Source: the human T2T-CHM13v2.0 reference genome, Homo sapiens
Length of the DNA stretch: 64,000 bases
Strand: one strand, 5' to 3'
Assembly (NCBI RefSeq): GCF_009914755.1
Contig: NC_060926.1
Part shown: positions 1 to 20,481 of the stretch, piece after piece
Numbering within the stretch: the first letter of the stretch is position 1
How the letters are laid out: the number at the start of each line of letters is the position of its first letter
Notes under the pieces: model-generated
The model's input: only the letters and a program-made list of their open reading frames with translations
Databases searched by the model: none
Told to the model about the DNA's origin: nothing
Position numbers and translations under genes: made by a program

Positions 1-133
1 CCAACACTATCTTAGGCAATAGATATGTCATCTGTATTCCCATTATAATTATACATTTTCTTATATATAAAAAATTCCAAAACAACATTTGAAAAATTCT
101 GAAATGTTTGAAGATGTGAGCAAAGATTATTTA

Positions 134-285
<152 letters not shown>

Positions 286-288
286 TAA

Positions 289-628
<340 letters not shown>

Positions 629-913
629 TTCCAGTCAGTTTTAATAGGAATGCTCATAGATGCTCTTTGTTAATGTGCATGACCAGCTCTAATGTATTCT
701 TTAGGAAAGTTCACCTTTTATGGACAGCACTGTCTTCACTGAGCATCGTGTGCTGCAGTTGCCTCTTAAAACTGTGAGCACCTATTTGGTATATTTCAGT
801 TCTACCAGAAATGTGTGTTCCTTCTACAACCTCAGTCGTAGGCACTGTGGAGACTACAAAGGAAGAATAAGGCCTAGTCCTGATATGCCTTCTAGAAAGG
901 TTCAGTTTGCTCC

Positions 914-915
914 AT

Positions 916-954
<39 letters not shown>

Positions 955-966
955 TTATTATTATTT
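914..966. repeat. (ATTT)n/(ATT)n microsatellite
   Basis: atttatttatttattt... run. Confidence 0.9.
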
Positions 967-1124
967 TGCTCAGTTTATAAAACTCAGATTTGAGAAGCCT
1001 AGTGCTGCACCCTTTTCAGTTCCTGTCCCATCCTATAATGCAGAACTAGTGACCCCAGGTAAGATATGCCAGAATTCCCCGTCTGGAAGGAACTTGGGTA
1101 TCAGTGTGTCTTTGGTTTAGGCAT

Positions 1125-1600
1125 TAACTATTCTGGGTTTCTGTTGCTATGTAACAAACCACCCCAAAATGTGAGGGATTAAAGCAATGGCATTCATTTT
1201 GCTCATGGATCTTTGACTAGGGTAGGGCTTGGCAGGGAGTGCCTGTTTCGTTCCAGGTGGTATCAGCCAGAGTAGCTCAAAGATGGTGGGTAGAACCCCC
1301 TGAAGACACGCTCACTCCCACACCTTTGGTTGATGTTGGCTTTCAACCAGCATGTCCACTGGAAGTAGCTTTCCCTATGGAGATATGGCTTCCTCACAAC
1401 ACGTGGTTGCATTCAAGGGCGAATGTCACGGGGAAGCTCTATCTCCTCTTAGTACCTGGCTTTGGAAGCCAAACATTGTCACTGCTGCTGCTATCTATTC
1501 ATCAGGAGCCAGCCTCCAAGTCCAGCCTTTATTCAAGGGAAGGAGAATTAGAACCCATCTTTTGATGGGAGAGCTTCAGAGAATTTAAATGCTGTGTGTC
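1125..1600. mobile_element. MLT1-type ERVL-MaLR solo LTR (approximate bounds)
   Basis: ttgctatgtaacaaaccaccccaaaat...cattcattttgctcatggatct and ccatctttt gatgggagag typical of MLT1 LTRs. Confidence 0.65.
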
Positions 1601-3454
1601 AGAATCACCATATCAATGTCCTCACTGTTTTTTAAGAGGAAACTGAGGAACGTGTGGTTGGGAGTGCCTTGCTTACTCTCTCCTGGCTTAGGTGCCGAAC
1701 GAGGATGAGAACTCACATCTTCTGAAGTCTGTCTAGTGCTCATCTCAGCCAAGCCAAATTGTCTGGATTCTCTTCTTCCCTCCACCTCTCTTCAGCTCCC
1801 GGTGGGAATTGGGAACATGAAAATAGGATGCCTCATAGAATGCCTTTAGCTCCTCACCATAGAGACCCTCCAAGGGCAAGAAGTCACTCTTCAGAGAGCT
1901 GCACATCTATCTGCATACCTATTTGTACCTCTTGTTCAAATACCAGCTCTTCTTGGCAGCAAGGGAGCCTGCTAGTGCTCCCTTCACCAGTTCCGAACAT
2001 AGCTTTCCAACTTGATTGGAAAGCATTTAATTTATGAGCTTTCACTCCATTTGGTCAACTGTCTTTGATTCAGAGAGCATCTTCTATATTCCCCCATCAG
2101 GATGCCCTATTTACTCAGTTAACAGAACTAGACTTAGTGGAGCCAGTTTAAAAGATGGCACCCTTGGGAAGAGGCACCAGGAAAAGCATCTTAGTAGCAG
2201 GGAAGCCTGATAGACGTTATGGATAGTTTCCCAATGGATACCAGAGATGCATAAGCTGAAGACATTGCCAGCCAGAGCAGTCCACATATGAAATGGATTA
2301 AAAGGAAGAGCTTCCTAGGAATGATAGTTTTTCCCCCCTCTTTTCTCTTTTTACTGCCTTTTATCCTCATTCCTGATCCAGCTCACAGATGAGGAGTTCC
2401 GATTCAATGGTTTTTAATTTTTTCCCAAGGGAAACATAGGACTTTTGGTGATGTATAAAATGTACCTGCACCACTATGCATGCGTTCTTGTGAATTTAAG
2501 GAAGACAGAGGGCCAAGGACACAAACTTGGGGGTGCTCGATGTCATTCACCTGCATGCTCAAAGTATTCTTGGCACAGGGTCTCTCCCAGCAGGATGGGA
2601 AATGAGCATCTTCCTTCCTCCTCTGTGCCACAGGCCTCTCAGAAGGACCTGATCCCCATCCCAGCTACAGCCATGCATCTTGGGCAGCTGGGTGTGAAGT
2701 CCAGTCTTGCACACTAAGTGTGCACACCTGTATCATCTCTTCACCAAGAAGGAGGGGAGAGAAGCATTGAGTATGGTGTAAATAATATGCATTTGTCTTA
2801 TGAAATCCTCTCAGAGAAGCGCCTCCAAGATTCCACCTGTGGGAGAAACCCAAGGGGTATGGGTGTGGGTGTGTGTGTGACACTTTGCCTTGGAACCATG
2901 GCCCTCTCCTGCCTTGCATTATGTGGTGACTCTCCTTCCTTCAGCCTTCCTGAAATACCACAGACACAGCCCCTTTGTAAGAGTATGGGGCTACTGTGCT
3001 AGGACTCGCTTGGATCCTGAGCTGCAAGTACAACCCTCCTCTGGATTCCAGAGTTCTAGAGAGCTACGCCTGAGGTGCACATCTACTCTCAGAGGGTAGG
3101 GAAGCATAGGACAGTAGTTTTATTGGGTTAGTAAAACTCCATGTTGATGTGCAATGGCGGATTCCTTTTGATGCTTTTTTAATGTTAGCTCATTCCAGAG
3201 TGATACACTAATACCAAGGGAAGAAGGGCCTGCCCAGTTCGTCTGTCATTCTCTTTGTTCTGCAAGAGCTACCCAGAAATATGTTTCTTCAAGAGTCTCT
3301 TATAATTACAGTCCAGCTCACCCCATACGCTTTTCTGCAAAAGGATCTTATTAACAGCCCCTGCCACCAGGCTTTTATATTCTCTGTTCCCACCCTTTGA
3401 TTTCTATGGGTTTTTTACAAACTCATTAAAAAATATATGAAAAGATATATGAGA

Positions 3455-8098
<4,644 letters not shown>

Positions 8099-8844
8099 CG
8101 TTTTAAAGCACCCACCGTCAGCGTCACTTTTTCGAGGCTAATGAAGTTTGACTGAGCCTTGCTTGGCTCTTTCCCTACATCCCCCGCTGGGGGCGGTAGG
8201 GAGCAGCAGCGCCGTGCTGTGCTTTGGGGTGGAGGAGCCTCACGGACCCTTCCTGTCTCTACTCACTTCCCCTTTAAGTTGGGTCCCTCATCCTTTCCTG
8301 AGGACCCATTTCATTTCCTTTCCCTGTCCCCACTCATCCAAAAGCTCAGACCAGGTTGCTTGGCCTACCATTCACGACTGCGCCGTCGGTCTCCCCGTGC
8401 CTCCCCACCCTATCCTTTCCTTCTCCAATTGAGCCCAACTCTGCTGCCAAACTTGACCACCCAGCTTTCCCCTGGGCTGTCCTCTCCACCCCTGACTATG
8501 CACCCCTCAAAGCCACCTCATGTTCTTGCCTCTAGGGGCTCCGTGGCTGGGCTCCCTCCTTGGTGAGCACCCTTGGCGATTCGTTGGAACTTCTCACCGG
8601 GCAGTATTGTATTGCACCCCCTATACCAGCTTCTGAGGAATGAGTTCCATCTCTTCCTCTAGACACTGAGCTGCTTTTAGTTGAGGGCCAAGACCTCTTC
8701 ATTGCCGCCTCCTCCATATCGCTTGATGGAGCGCCTTGTGCACAGAAGGTGCTAATCAGAGAATATAGAACAAATACTCTTCCTGTCTCTAATTGCCCTT
8801 GTCCAGAGAACCCTCAAGTCAGAAGTGGAAGAGGGTCCTCCTGT

Positions 8845-9120
8845 CAAAGGGGGAGGGAGTGGGGAGATGTTAGTCAAAGGGTAGAAAGCTTCAGTTAGAC
8901 AGGAGGAATCAGGTTTTGAGATCTATCACACAGCAGGGTGACTGTAGTTAATAATAACGTACAGTGTTGTATATTTCAAAATTGCAAGGAGAGTAAATGT
9001 CAAATGTCTCACCACAAATAAGTGAAGTGACTGATATGGTAATTAGCTTAATTTAATCATTCCATGTTGTATATATATATATCAAAACATCACATTGTAC
9101 CCCATAAACATGTACAGTTT
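8845..9120 (+). mobile_element. L1MA-type 3' end fragment
   Basis: gggagatgttagtcaaagggtagaaagcttcagttagacaggagga...atcaaaacatcacattgtaccccataaa. Confidence 0.75.
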
Positions 9121-9879
9121 TTAAGGGTACTGGAAGGTAACCTGTGCCCCACTTCCCTGGAGGTCTGTCTGTATTGCATTTAATAACTGGATGTTTGAGT
9201 TCCACCCATGAGTGCCTTTCTGCTCAATCCCCTACTATGTGTATCCAGATAGACTAGTTGGGCTATGTGGCCCACAATCCCCATATCTCAGTAAAGCTGA
9301 CGTGCTCATCACAGAGCTGCTGGCCCCTTACTATAAAGTGTCCTCACCCAAGGACCCAGGCTGACAGAGGCTTCACCTCCCATTGCCAAGGGAGGTGAAT
9401 GGAAAAAGGAATGAAACAGATTTTGCACTGACTCTTCATGCTTCTCCCTGGGAACTGACACATGGCACTTGTGCGTACGTGTTCTTGGCCAAGCGAAGGG
9501 GCAGGGAAGCACAATCCTGCTCTCTCCAGAAGACAAACTGGAAATATTTGGTGAACAGCAATCCTAACACCACAGGTGACCACGACAGTGGGAAAGGCCA
9601 CTCCTCCTAGGAGCTGAAGCGAAGGTCGCAGTCTTCCCTTGATTTCCCGCAGTACCCTTCCCCAACGGGGAACACAAACACCAGCCTCCTGTTAGTGTGT
9701 GGCACTGTTTCTCTGCACGGTGTGCTTAGTTTTTGTGCTATAAACTCAAGCAGCCAGAATTAGTCACTCTCAGTTCTGTGTTCCCAGAACACTGGGTCCG
9801 TAGGTCCATAACAGATCCCGCCACAGTGATTTGGAGGGAGCTGTAGGAAGTGGCAGGAGGGTGCACGGCCTCACAGCGT

Positions 9880-10088
9880 GGGCACTGGAGCCAGCCTGTG
9901 GCACCACTTCCCAGACCTGTGATGGTGGTGAGTTACACAGCCTCTCAGTGCCTCGCTCCTTCCCCTTGGAATGGAAATGCAATAGTACCTGCCTTAAAGG
10001 GTTGCCATGAGAATTGAAGGAATGAATGGATGTAAAGCTCTTAACATGGTGCCCGTTACATACATAGTAAGTGCCCAGCAAATATTCC
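9880..10088 (+). mobile_element. MIR
   Basis: gagttacacagcctctcagtgcctc...aatagtacctgcc...gggttgccatgagaattgaa...catagtaagtgccc. Confidence 0.75.
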
Positions 10089-10254
10089 TTGTGTAACCAG
10101 ACCCAAACTCCCCAAGATGCCCGATGATGGACGCTTCAGAACCAGATAACTTGGGGTTTTTGAGCCCCACATTCAAAAATCAATATCCATGTATATTTAA
10201 AACACACACATACCTTCCCTTCCTCCCTCCCTTGGTCTCTCTCTTACTCTCTCT

Positions 10255-10985
10255 TTCTTAAACTCAATAAGATGATGACAAACAGCCCAACTGGAAAATA
10301 GGCAGAAGATTTGAACAAACGCCTCACAAAATAAGATACATAAATGGCCATTAAGCATGTAAAAAGATGTTCGACATTACTAGTCACTAGGAAAATGCAA
10401 ATCCAAGCCGCAGTAAGGTAACATTTCAACGGCTAAACATTTCAATGCACTGTATGTCAGTGCAGCCGTGTCTTATCAGGTTAAACATACGCTTAGCAGA
10501 TGACCCAGCAATTCCATGCCTCTGTATTCACCCAAGAGAAATGAATGCCTATATCTACACACAGATCTGTACATGAGTGTTCAGAACGGCATTATTCTTA
10601 TTACCCCTGAACTGGAAATGAACCAGATGTTGTGGCATATTCATACACAGGAATGCTAGTCATCAGGAAAAAGGAATGGGGTGTTAATATGTGCAGCAAC
10701 ATGATGCAACTCAAAAATGTCATGCTAAATCAAAAAGACTGTATACTCTGATTCCAGGTCTGTTAAATTCTAGACCAGGTGAAACTACACTACCAGCAGA
10801 TCAGTGGTTGGTTGCCTGTGGCTATGGCTGGGGGTGGGCGGATCAATCACAAAGACACAGGAGAAACCTCTTTAGGATGAAGGAACTGTTGTTTATCTTG
10901 ATTTTGGTGGTAGTTACCCAACTAATACACCAAACTATGCACTAAAATGGATGAATTTTATTGAATTTAAAAAATGCCTTATAAC
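10255..10985 (+). mobile_element. L1ME-type 3' fragment
   Basis: aaactcaataag...ggcagaagatttgaacaaacgcctcacaaa...gatgacccagcaattcc...tttatcttgattttggtggtagttac. Confidence 0.75.
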
Positions 10986-10995
10986 TCCAAAGCCT

Positions 10996-11293
<298 letters not shown>

Positions 11294-12769
11294 CCAAAGC
11301 CTGGTTGTTGGGGTTGTTGGAGTGTCTTTCAAAACCTTCGTCCCAGTGTCTGTGTGTGGTGGTCTCGGGGCCTGCCGAGAGGACCTTCTTTTTGGAAATA
11401 AGGTCATTCCAGGCTCATTTTCTTTCTCTTGCCTGATAGCAGTGGAACCAGCTGACAGCGACCAGTTTCCAGTGGACACCACAGTGTGTCCCAGCCGGAG
11501 GCGGATGGAAACAAGCTTGTGTCTCTGTCACTAACGATAGGAGCCTTCGTCGGAGTTGCTACCAGGCCATGTTGGTCGTCATTACACCCATTGAAGACGA
11601 GAACAGAGCAGTAATGAGCTGGGTGTTATCAGCTCACAAATAATTTATAATGGGCAAACTAGGACAGGAACAGAGCTTTTTTTGGCTAAGGAGGTTGCAT
11701 GTCACTCTTTAAAATCTAGGCCAAAAAATTATTTATAATGCATAGACATTCACTCTGAAAGTTAAAGGATTCCTTTCTTCTCTCCCATGTGTTTGAACAT
11801 GGTCTTTTAGCCTGGACTAGCAACAAGACTCCGCAACATCTTGCTGCCACGCCTGCAGTTAGTGTGTGATGTGAGAGAGTGCAGGTAAAGAGAGTGGCTC
11901 GGCGAGGGACAGGGCCTTTGTAGAAGGCCAAGAACAGACAGGGAGGAGGGGAGAGGCAGGAAAAGACCCCTAGGTAAAGGGTAGTGACCACACACGTTAG
12001 CTGAGCTTTGAAGAATTGCCCAAATGTTATCAGGAAACAGCCTAAACTGAGATAGGACCGGTAAAAGATGGGTTGTGAACATGTGTGTTGAAATAAAGGC
12101 AGGTTGTGTGCAATTAGGCAGGGGCAAACTGAGTGGTTATGGTCCTCGTGATGTCTAGGGAAAGGGTTTTGGAAATACGTCCTTTTGTGTCCAAGGGCTG
12201 TTTATTGATACTGTTACCTATAGATACTTACACCTGCTCCAAGGGAGGTGAATCAGAATCCAGCAGCACACTCTGTCCTGACCACACATTGGCCAGGAGC
12301 CTCCTGGTGAAGGATTTGCTCCCCTGAGAACCATGACCCCGGGCCCAAGGTGCCTGGAAAAGCAGCAATGTTTTATGGGCCTGGCCTCTGGGGCCCCTGT
12401 TCTCTCTCAGAGAGTTGACTTCTGGAACAAGTCTGTCTTCAGTGAACTGGGGAGGAGTGAGCCAGCTTTCTCAGCCCTGGATCACCTTCAAATACGTGGA
12501 TTGTTGATGAAGGGCCTGTGGCGTGTCATTGAAGATGGAGGCCCCTCGAGTAGCACTGCTTCCGGACTTTTCAGGAGGGCTTTTTGCATCACGTGTTCCT
12601 TGTTCGTTGTTAATTAGAGCATTCCTGAGAGCCACGATTCCCTACTCAAGTTCCTGAGGATCTCAGGGTCCTCAGAGGTGCTTGGGTGGCTTGGGGGAGG
12701 CCCCTCCTCTCTAACCAAGCAGCTTCCCTTTGATCTCTCCTATAAGTGTGCAGCACAGGGTGTCACTTA

Positions 12770-13237
12770 TTTAAAATAGACTTTATTTTTTGGAGCATTT
12801 TTAGGCTCACAGACAAACTGAGTGAAAGACACAGAGCGTTCCCATATCCCCCTGAGCCCTCCCTAGACACACTCAGCCTCCCCCATTATCAGCATCCCCC
12901 ACCAGAGTGGTGCATTAGTTATAGCTGATAAGCTTACACTGATACATTGTTACCATTCAGAGTTAACATCAAGGCACACTCTTGTGTTGTACATTCTCCA
13001 AGTCTAGACAAATGTGTTGACACACATCCACCAGTATGGTGTCATACAGAGTGGATTCACTGCCCTAAAAATCCTCTGTTCATCCCTCCTAACCCCTAGC
13101 AACCACTGATCTTTGTGCTGTCTCTGTAGTTTTGCATTTTCCAGAATGTCATATACTTGCTATCATACAGTGTGTAGCTTTTTCAGACTGGCTTCTCCAA
13201 CTTAGTAATATGTGTTTAACTTTCCTCCATGTCATTT
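12770..13237 (-). mobile_element. L1MC-type 3' end fragment
   Basis: ttttaggctcacagacaaactgagtg...ccagagtggtgcatt...agcaaccactgatcttt...ttccagaatgtcatat. Confidence 0.75.
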
Positions 13238-13769
13238 TAAAAAGTGTTCGTCTGCTCTTAGCAGCTTGACAGCCATGGTGCAGTACCTGTCATACCTCTG
13301 CCCTGGGTCTGTACAGCCCTGGCTGTTGTAGGCAGGGTGTGTCTTGCCTCCCCCAACAGGGCGATGAGCTCTTTGGAGCAGGGGCCAGGACATATGCACT
13401 GGTGGCACACGGGATACCTGGCCACCCCGTGGGCCCTGGAACCAGGCTGGGTGTTCTGGATTGAAGGGGACTTGGTTTGAGTCTTAGGAAGGGCTCTCCG
13501 AGCACAGCCATCTCAGTCAGCAGTGTGTCCTTTGCTCTCTGAAAGTGAAAGCTCTATGAGATCCGAATGAGCAGCATCCGGCCTCAGAGCTAATCTGTCA
13601 GATTTTGCGTCTGAGTCAGAACTTACTGGTTATTAATGCTGTCTGTCTTTGTGGCCAAGAGTCTAGCAAAACATTTTCTATCCTCCTGCCTTGGAAATGT
13701 GGCCAGCGTGACCTTCCTGAAAGAGTTTTTTGATAAGATAGATGATCACAATAGAATGTGCTCTAATAG

Positions 13770-14462
<693 letters not shown>

Positions 14463-14479
14463 TAATGTCACATTCATTC

Positions 14480-16420
14480 TGTTTTTATTGAGATATAATG
14501 TTTATACCATAAAATTCACCATTTTAAAGTGTAGAGTGCAGTGGTCTTCAGTATATTCACAAGGTGGTGTAACCATCACCACTCTCTAATTTCATCATGC
14601 CAAAAAAGAAACCCTGTATCCATTAGCCATCATTTCCCATTCTTCCCCCTCCCTCCAGATCCTGGCAACCACGAATCTGTTTTCTGTCTCCATCAATTCC
14701 CCTATTCTAGGCATTTTATACAAGTAGAATCATACGGTATGTGGTCTTTTTGTATCTGGCTTCTTTCACGTAGCATCTGTGTTTTAGCATGTGTGAGTAC
14801 TTCATTCCGTTTCATGGACCAACAATATTCCATTGTATGGATATATTAATATCATATTTTGATTAACCATTCATCAGTTGATGGATATTTGGGTTGTTTA
14901 CAATTTTTGGAAATTATGAATGATGCTGCTGTGAACATTCATGTACAAATTTTTGAGTTGATATATGTTTTCACTTCTTTTGTTTGTATTCCTAGGAGGG
15001 GAATTGCTGCATTAAATGGTAGTGTTTAGCTTTCTGAGGAACTGCCAAACTGTTTTCCAAGGTGGCTTGTACCTATTTATATTCCCAGCAGCAATGTATG
15101 AGGGTTCCAATTTCTCCACATCCTTGGCAACACTTATTACTGTCTTCTTTTATTATGACTATTATTAATATAATCTCCCTAGTGGGTATGAAGTGATATC
15201 TTATGTGACTTTGATTTGAATTTCCCAATAACTGATCATGTTTTCCTTTTCGTGATCTTTTCATGTACTTATTGGCTATTTGTGTATCTTCTTTGGAGAG
15301 ATGTCCAAATCCATGGCCCCTTTTTAAATCATTGATTTTTCTTTTTATGCTGGAGTGGTAAGAGTTCTCCATGTATTCTAGATACTAGACCCTTATCTGG
15401 TATAGAATTCGAAAATATCTTCCCCCATTCTGTGGATTGTCTTTTTACTTTTCAAGTGATACTCTTTGACACACGAAGGTTTTAAATTTTAATCAGTTAA
15501 TGTCAAATTTATTTTTTTCTTTTGACTACTTGTGCTTGAGGCATTCTATCTAAGAAATCATTGCCTAATCTAAGGTAATGAAGATTTATATCTATGTTTT
15601 CTTCTAAAAGGTTTATAACCTTTTTTCTTTTTTTCTTTCTTTTTTTTTTTTTTTTTGAGACAGTCTTGTTCTGTCACCAAGACTGGAGTGCAGCGGCGTG
15701 ATCTAGGCTCACTGCAAGCTCCGCCTCCAGGGTTCACACCATTCTCCTGCCTCAGCCTCCTGAGTAGCTGGGACTAGAGGTGCCACCACACCCGGCTAAT
15801 TTTTTCTATTTTTAGTAGAGAAGGGGTTTCACCATGTTAGCCAGGATAGTCTCAATCTCCTGACCTCGTGATTCACCCGCCCCGGCCTCCCAAAGTGCTG
15901 GGATTGCAGGTGTGAGCCACCACGCCCAGCCTAAAAGGTTTATAATTTTAAACTGTAGGTTAAGCATAGATATTTGATCCATTTTGTGTTCGTTTTTGTA
16001 GATGTCGTAAGGTGGGCTATGAAAATTCATCCTTTTGCATGTGGATTTCCAGTTATCCTGGCACTCCATTCTTTTTCTAACTTTGTAATACTTTATAAAA
16101 GTAACACATACAGAGAATATACAAATCATAACTGTACAGTTGAATTAATTATCACAAAGCAGACACAGCCAGGGAACCAACGACCCAGGTCAAGAAATAG
16201 AAGCTCCTTCCTGTCTTCCTCTGCTTTCCCAAAAGAAGGAACCTCTGTGCTGACTTCTAACCCCATAGGTTGCTTTTGCCTGTTGGAACCTTATTCAGAT
16301 GGAACCATGAATTATACACATGATGTTTATGAGATTCCTCCCATTCTTCCCATGCTATTGCTAGTTCCCTTTCATTAGTGTATAGTATTCCATCACACGA
16401 TCACCTGCATATGCCACTTG
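14480..16420 (-). mobile_element. L1MB-type 3' portion (to ~16060) plus adjacent L1ME-like fragment, interrupted by an Alu
   Basis: tttattgagatataat...aaaattcaccattttaaagtgt...ccattcatcagttgatggatatttgggttg...tttctgaggaactgccaaactgttttcc. Confidence 0.82.
15622..15931 (-). mobile_element. Alu (AluSc/Y-like) with TSD taaaaggtttataa
   Basis: TSD at 15605-15618 and 15932-15945; gcaagctccgcctcc diagnostic. Confidence 0.93.
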
Positions 16421-17557
16421 AACTCATCCTTGAGCTCACATCTTTCTCAAATCATTCTCTCTCCCTTTTCCTCTCCTTCAAACACTTTTACCTGTTAGTG
16501 TGTGGTCACACCTACCCTGCCAGTCACCCAGGATGTTACAAAAAGTCACAGAATAGTTAAGAGGGCTCAGAACCTATTAGCAAGCAGGAAGAGCAGAATT
16601 CTTTTTTCTTTAATCATGACACCAAACATAATAAGTCAGAAATGTCAGAATTAGTGAGGAAATAATTACAGTTCTTCCATGCAGGCAGTGATGTGTCTCT
16701 TCCACTGAACATTTTCCTAGACAAGATGATTTCATAAAAGAGGGTGCGGCTGGGACATCAGAAAGTTTCATTATACTTCTTAGTCTTTTATTATTTCTTT
16801 GATGATCATATATACCTATTAAAAATGTGACAGTGATGATATATCCTCATATTATTTTTTCCAAAGCTGCCCAGGAGAGAGTAAAGAACATGTTAATTGC
16901 TTTTGTTAAAAGTCAGGAAAGACCAATCAAGCAGGATTGGAACGAAGTGTTACAGCAGTATTTGATTGCCCTGATAATTTAATCAAATGGTTATATTTCC
17001 TAAATAATGATTTAGCCAAGTGAAATAGCAGGTTGGTTTGATTGCCAAGATATTTTGTGCAAATTACTCAAACTAGGTCATTGCCACCGAGAAGCAGGAC
17101 AGCTGTTAAATAGGACAGCTGGGATCAAGTTCATCAGCCTGACATTTATGCCGGGCTCTGTCCACTGTGGAATTACAGAATTGTCAAATCTGGGCCCTGG
17201 AAAGGATAAGTCAGCAGAAATGCAGCCTCCAAATACCGGGAGAGCCTGCTTCAGCTCGCCTTTTTCATAAGATGAAGGCCTACTCCGCACAACCTGCTTA
17301 AACACAATGAGGATCATGCCAGGATCTCACTCATCTCTGTGATTTCATATTCAAAATAAAGCAGAAAATTCATGGTACGTTTTTTGGGGAAGTAGAGTTG
17401 TTGGAGCAAAACTTGGATTAAAGCAAAAAACAAAGCAATCACTTTCCTTTACTTGCAGTCCAAATGGACATGAACTCTGCAGGCACCTGCAACAGAGTAG
17501 AGAATACTGACCGTAAGCATCTGTTCAGGGCTTGCTATGAGCTGGGCAATATTCTAA

Positions 17558-17902
<345 letters not shown>

Positions 17903-18136
17903 CATGGCAGCACTTTGAGTTAGTTCCATTGCACAGATGAGACACACAAGGTCAAGTCACTCATCCAAGTCAGACAGCCAGGAAAATGTGGAATCTAAGC
18001 CCAGCAGCCTGTCTCCAGAGCCCAACCTTTTAGCACTACACTCAATGGCTGCTCCACAAGGGGTGATCTACAGGGCTTCTTGTGGCTATTTATATCACAG
18101 CTGCACTCCAGCTGTTCATGAGTGTGTCCATTTAGA

Positions 18137-18507
18137 CTGCTGGTTCTCAACCTTGTGTGCACATTTGAATCACCTGAAGAGCTTTTGAAAAATACATATT
18201 ACCAGGTAACCCCCCACAGACCAATATGTCATGATCTCTAGGGGTGGGACCACAATGGGATACCAGCTTGCAAGAGAAGATTGTTCACTTTTCAGGAGTT
18301 TTGCAAGCCAGTTGACATCAAGTTGGTAGCTTGAAATCAGCCATGGTAGGCGTATTTACACCACAGAAAGGGGCAAACACTGCAAATCAGGGCTGTTTGT
18401 TGTAGAGGGTGGAGAGCCTTTCACCAGCAGATGGCTAGGTAAGGCCCAGGCATCAGCATTTTTAAGGCCCCCAGGTGATTCCGGTGTGCAGTGAGGGTTA
18501 AGAACTA
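18137..18507. mobile_element. MER5A-like hAT-Charlie element with nested MER63-like hAT element (~18255-18437)
   Basis: tggttctcaaccttgtgtgcacatttgaatcacctg...ccaggtgattcc...ggttaagaact flanks; insert has ttggtagcttgaaatcagccatggtaggcgtatttacaccac...aaatcagggct typical of MER63. Confidence 0.7.
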
Positions 18508-20181
18508 TGAATTTCAACATGCTTCCTGCCGTCATGCTAAAGGGAGATCACATGATAAGTAAGGAAAGATGATTAGGTCCAAGTAGTTATTATTTAGCTC
18601 TTTCCCCAATAATCTTTCAGCATTGCTATTTTCTCAGCTTCGGAAATGAATTTTAATCCTGAACTGTACACTTATTCTCTCTGAAGTAATCCAAATCAAA
18701 ATGAGAATCTGATCATGATTCTTTGTAGCAAAATTTTGTAACAGTAGCTATTATAAGAGAGAAATCCCTAAAGTCTGTAAATAGCAGGACATATTGGACA
18801 TCCTTATCTACATCCATCTAGATGTTCTAGTGGGTCAGGCTGGCCTACACATTATCCTCTTCCTGAGTGAGTCTAAATGAAATTTTCTCCTAACATTAAA
18901 TCCCATTCCTCATTCACACTTCTTTAATGTGTCTGTCTTCATGGATGGAAGATGAGGTGGGGAGAGCTGTAGAACAAGGAGAAATTTCCCTATTGAACAG
19001 GGTAATATATACCCAGGACAGCTGTGGAATTTCTGCTCCATTTTCCAGGCTTTTATTTGACCACATACATCCCAAACATATACTGCTTATTATTCAGATA
19101 TACCAGGAGCAGTCGGGAGTTGAGCACTCTAGGAAATGGGTACAAGTGATATCAGAGTAGAATTTGGGGGGTTGGCTCTTAATCACAATGTTTTCCTACA
19201 AAAATGGCTCTCAGGTGGTTTTGTTTCCCTTGAAATTTGGAAACCACTTTTACCATAACACTGAATTTTACTTCCCAGTGTAACATTTTTTCCTCGATTC
19301 GAGACATCGTATCTAACATATTTTTTTAATATGCTATGAAATGAACCTTAACTTCCAAGGAGTCTAATTCAGTTGTTGAAATACAAAGTGAATGAGATGG
19401 CTGCTTTCAGTGTTATTATGCTAGCGTTAACAAAATACCCAGTCATACAGAATGATCTAAAAATTACTTAAGTTAAAGAAATGGGTATTTCATTTTCCTT
19501 CACCATTAAGTTGAATGGATCTCTATTTAAATGAAATTTGGGCTGCCATAAAGACTCTTCTGCTAGAAAAACAGTTAGTCTATAGTTTGATCCTAGTGGT
19601 CAAAAGAGTCTCACAGATGAGTGTGCATATTGGGGAGAAGAGGAAAGGCATTTATGGGGTTAAATATTATAGCACATCTTCAGTCCCTCTCTTTTCTAAG
19701 TGGTCGAACTGTGGCAACCATCTGTTTGAAGAACTGGGAGTTGCACCCTCTCTTCCTTGCCTCAGCCAGCACCACAGAATGGATTCTGGCCCACGATGTG
19801 CATGTAGCACCTGCCTCTGCTTCCCATGCTGCATTCCACCATGTGCATATGAGGCCCGACACTGGACGTTTCCCCACAGCGCGGCCCTCCCTCCAGGGGC
19901 CCTCTCAGTGTCGTTGGCTGCCTGACCATCAGCACGGTTTCCTCTCCTGGGTTTCTTCTCCTGGGTTTCTTCCAGTGTTCTATTACCAAAGGCTCATAGC
20001 AGCTCTTTTCTGCCCCTTTAAACTCACAAAGACAAAAATCCAATTTTGTATAACAGCAGCAGCAACTCGTTCTTTCTGACATCTCGAAGGAAGGAGTCTT
20101 CCTGGTGGAGACGAGCACTGCTGGGAACATTGGGTTTTGGAACAAGTGGAGGTTCACAGGGTGATGCGCATAACTCAGCTC

Positions 20182-20481
20182 TTTTTTTTTTTTTTTTTTT
20201 TTGACATGGAGTCTTGCTCTGTCACCCAGGCTGGAGTGTGGTGGTGCGATCTTGGCTCACTGCAAGCTCTGCCTCCTGGATTTATGCCATTCTCCTGCCT
20301 CAGCCTCCTGAGGAGCTGGGACTACAGGAGCCCACCACCACTCCCGGCTAATATTTTGTATTTTTAGTAGAGACGGGGTTTCACCATTAGCCAGGATGGT
20401 CTCGATCTCCTGACCTCGTGATCTGCCCATCTCGGCCTCCCAAACTGCTGGGATTACAGGCGTGAGCCACCGCGCCCGGCC
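20182..20481 (-). mobile_element. Alu (AluY/Sc-like) with TSD ataactcagctcttt
   Basis: TSD at 20170-20184 and 20482-20496; ends gagccaccgcgcccggcc. Confidence 0.94.

Noticed and set aside
19943-19972. 14-bp tandem duplication tctcctgggtttct x2
   Set aside because: Ordinary slippage-scale duplication with no further structure.
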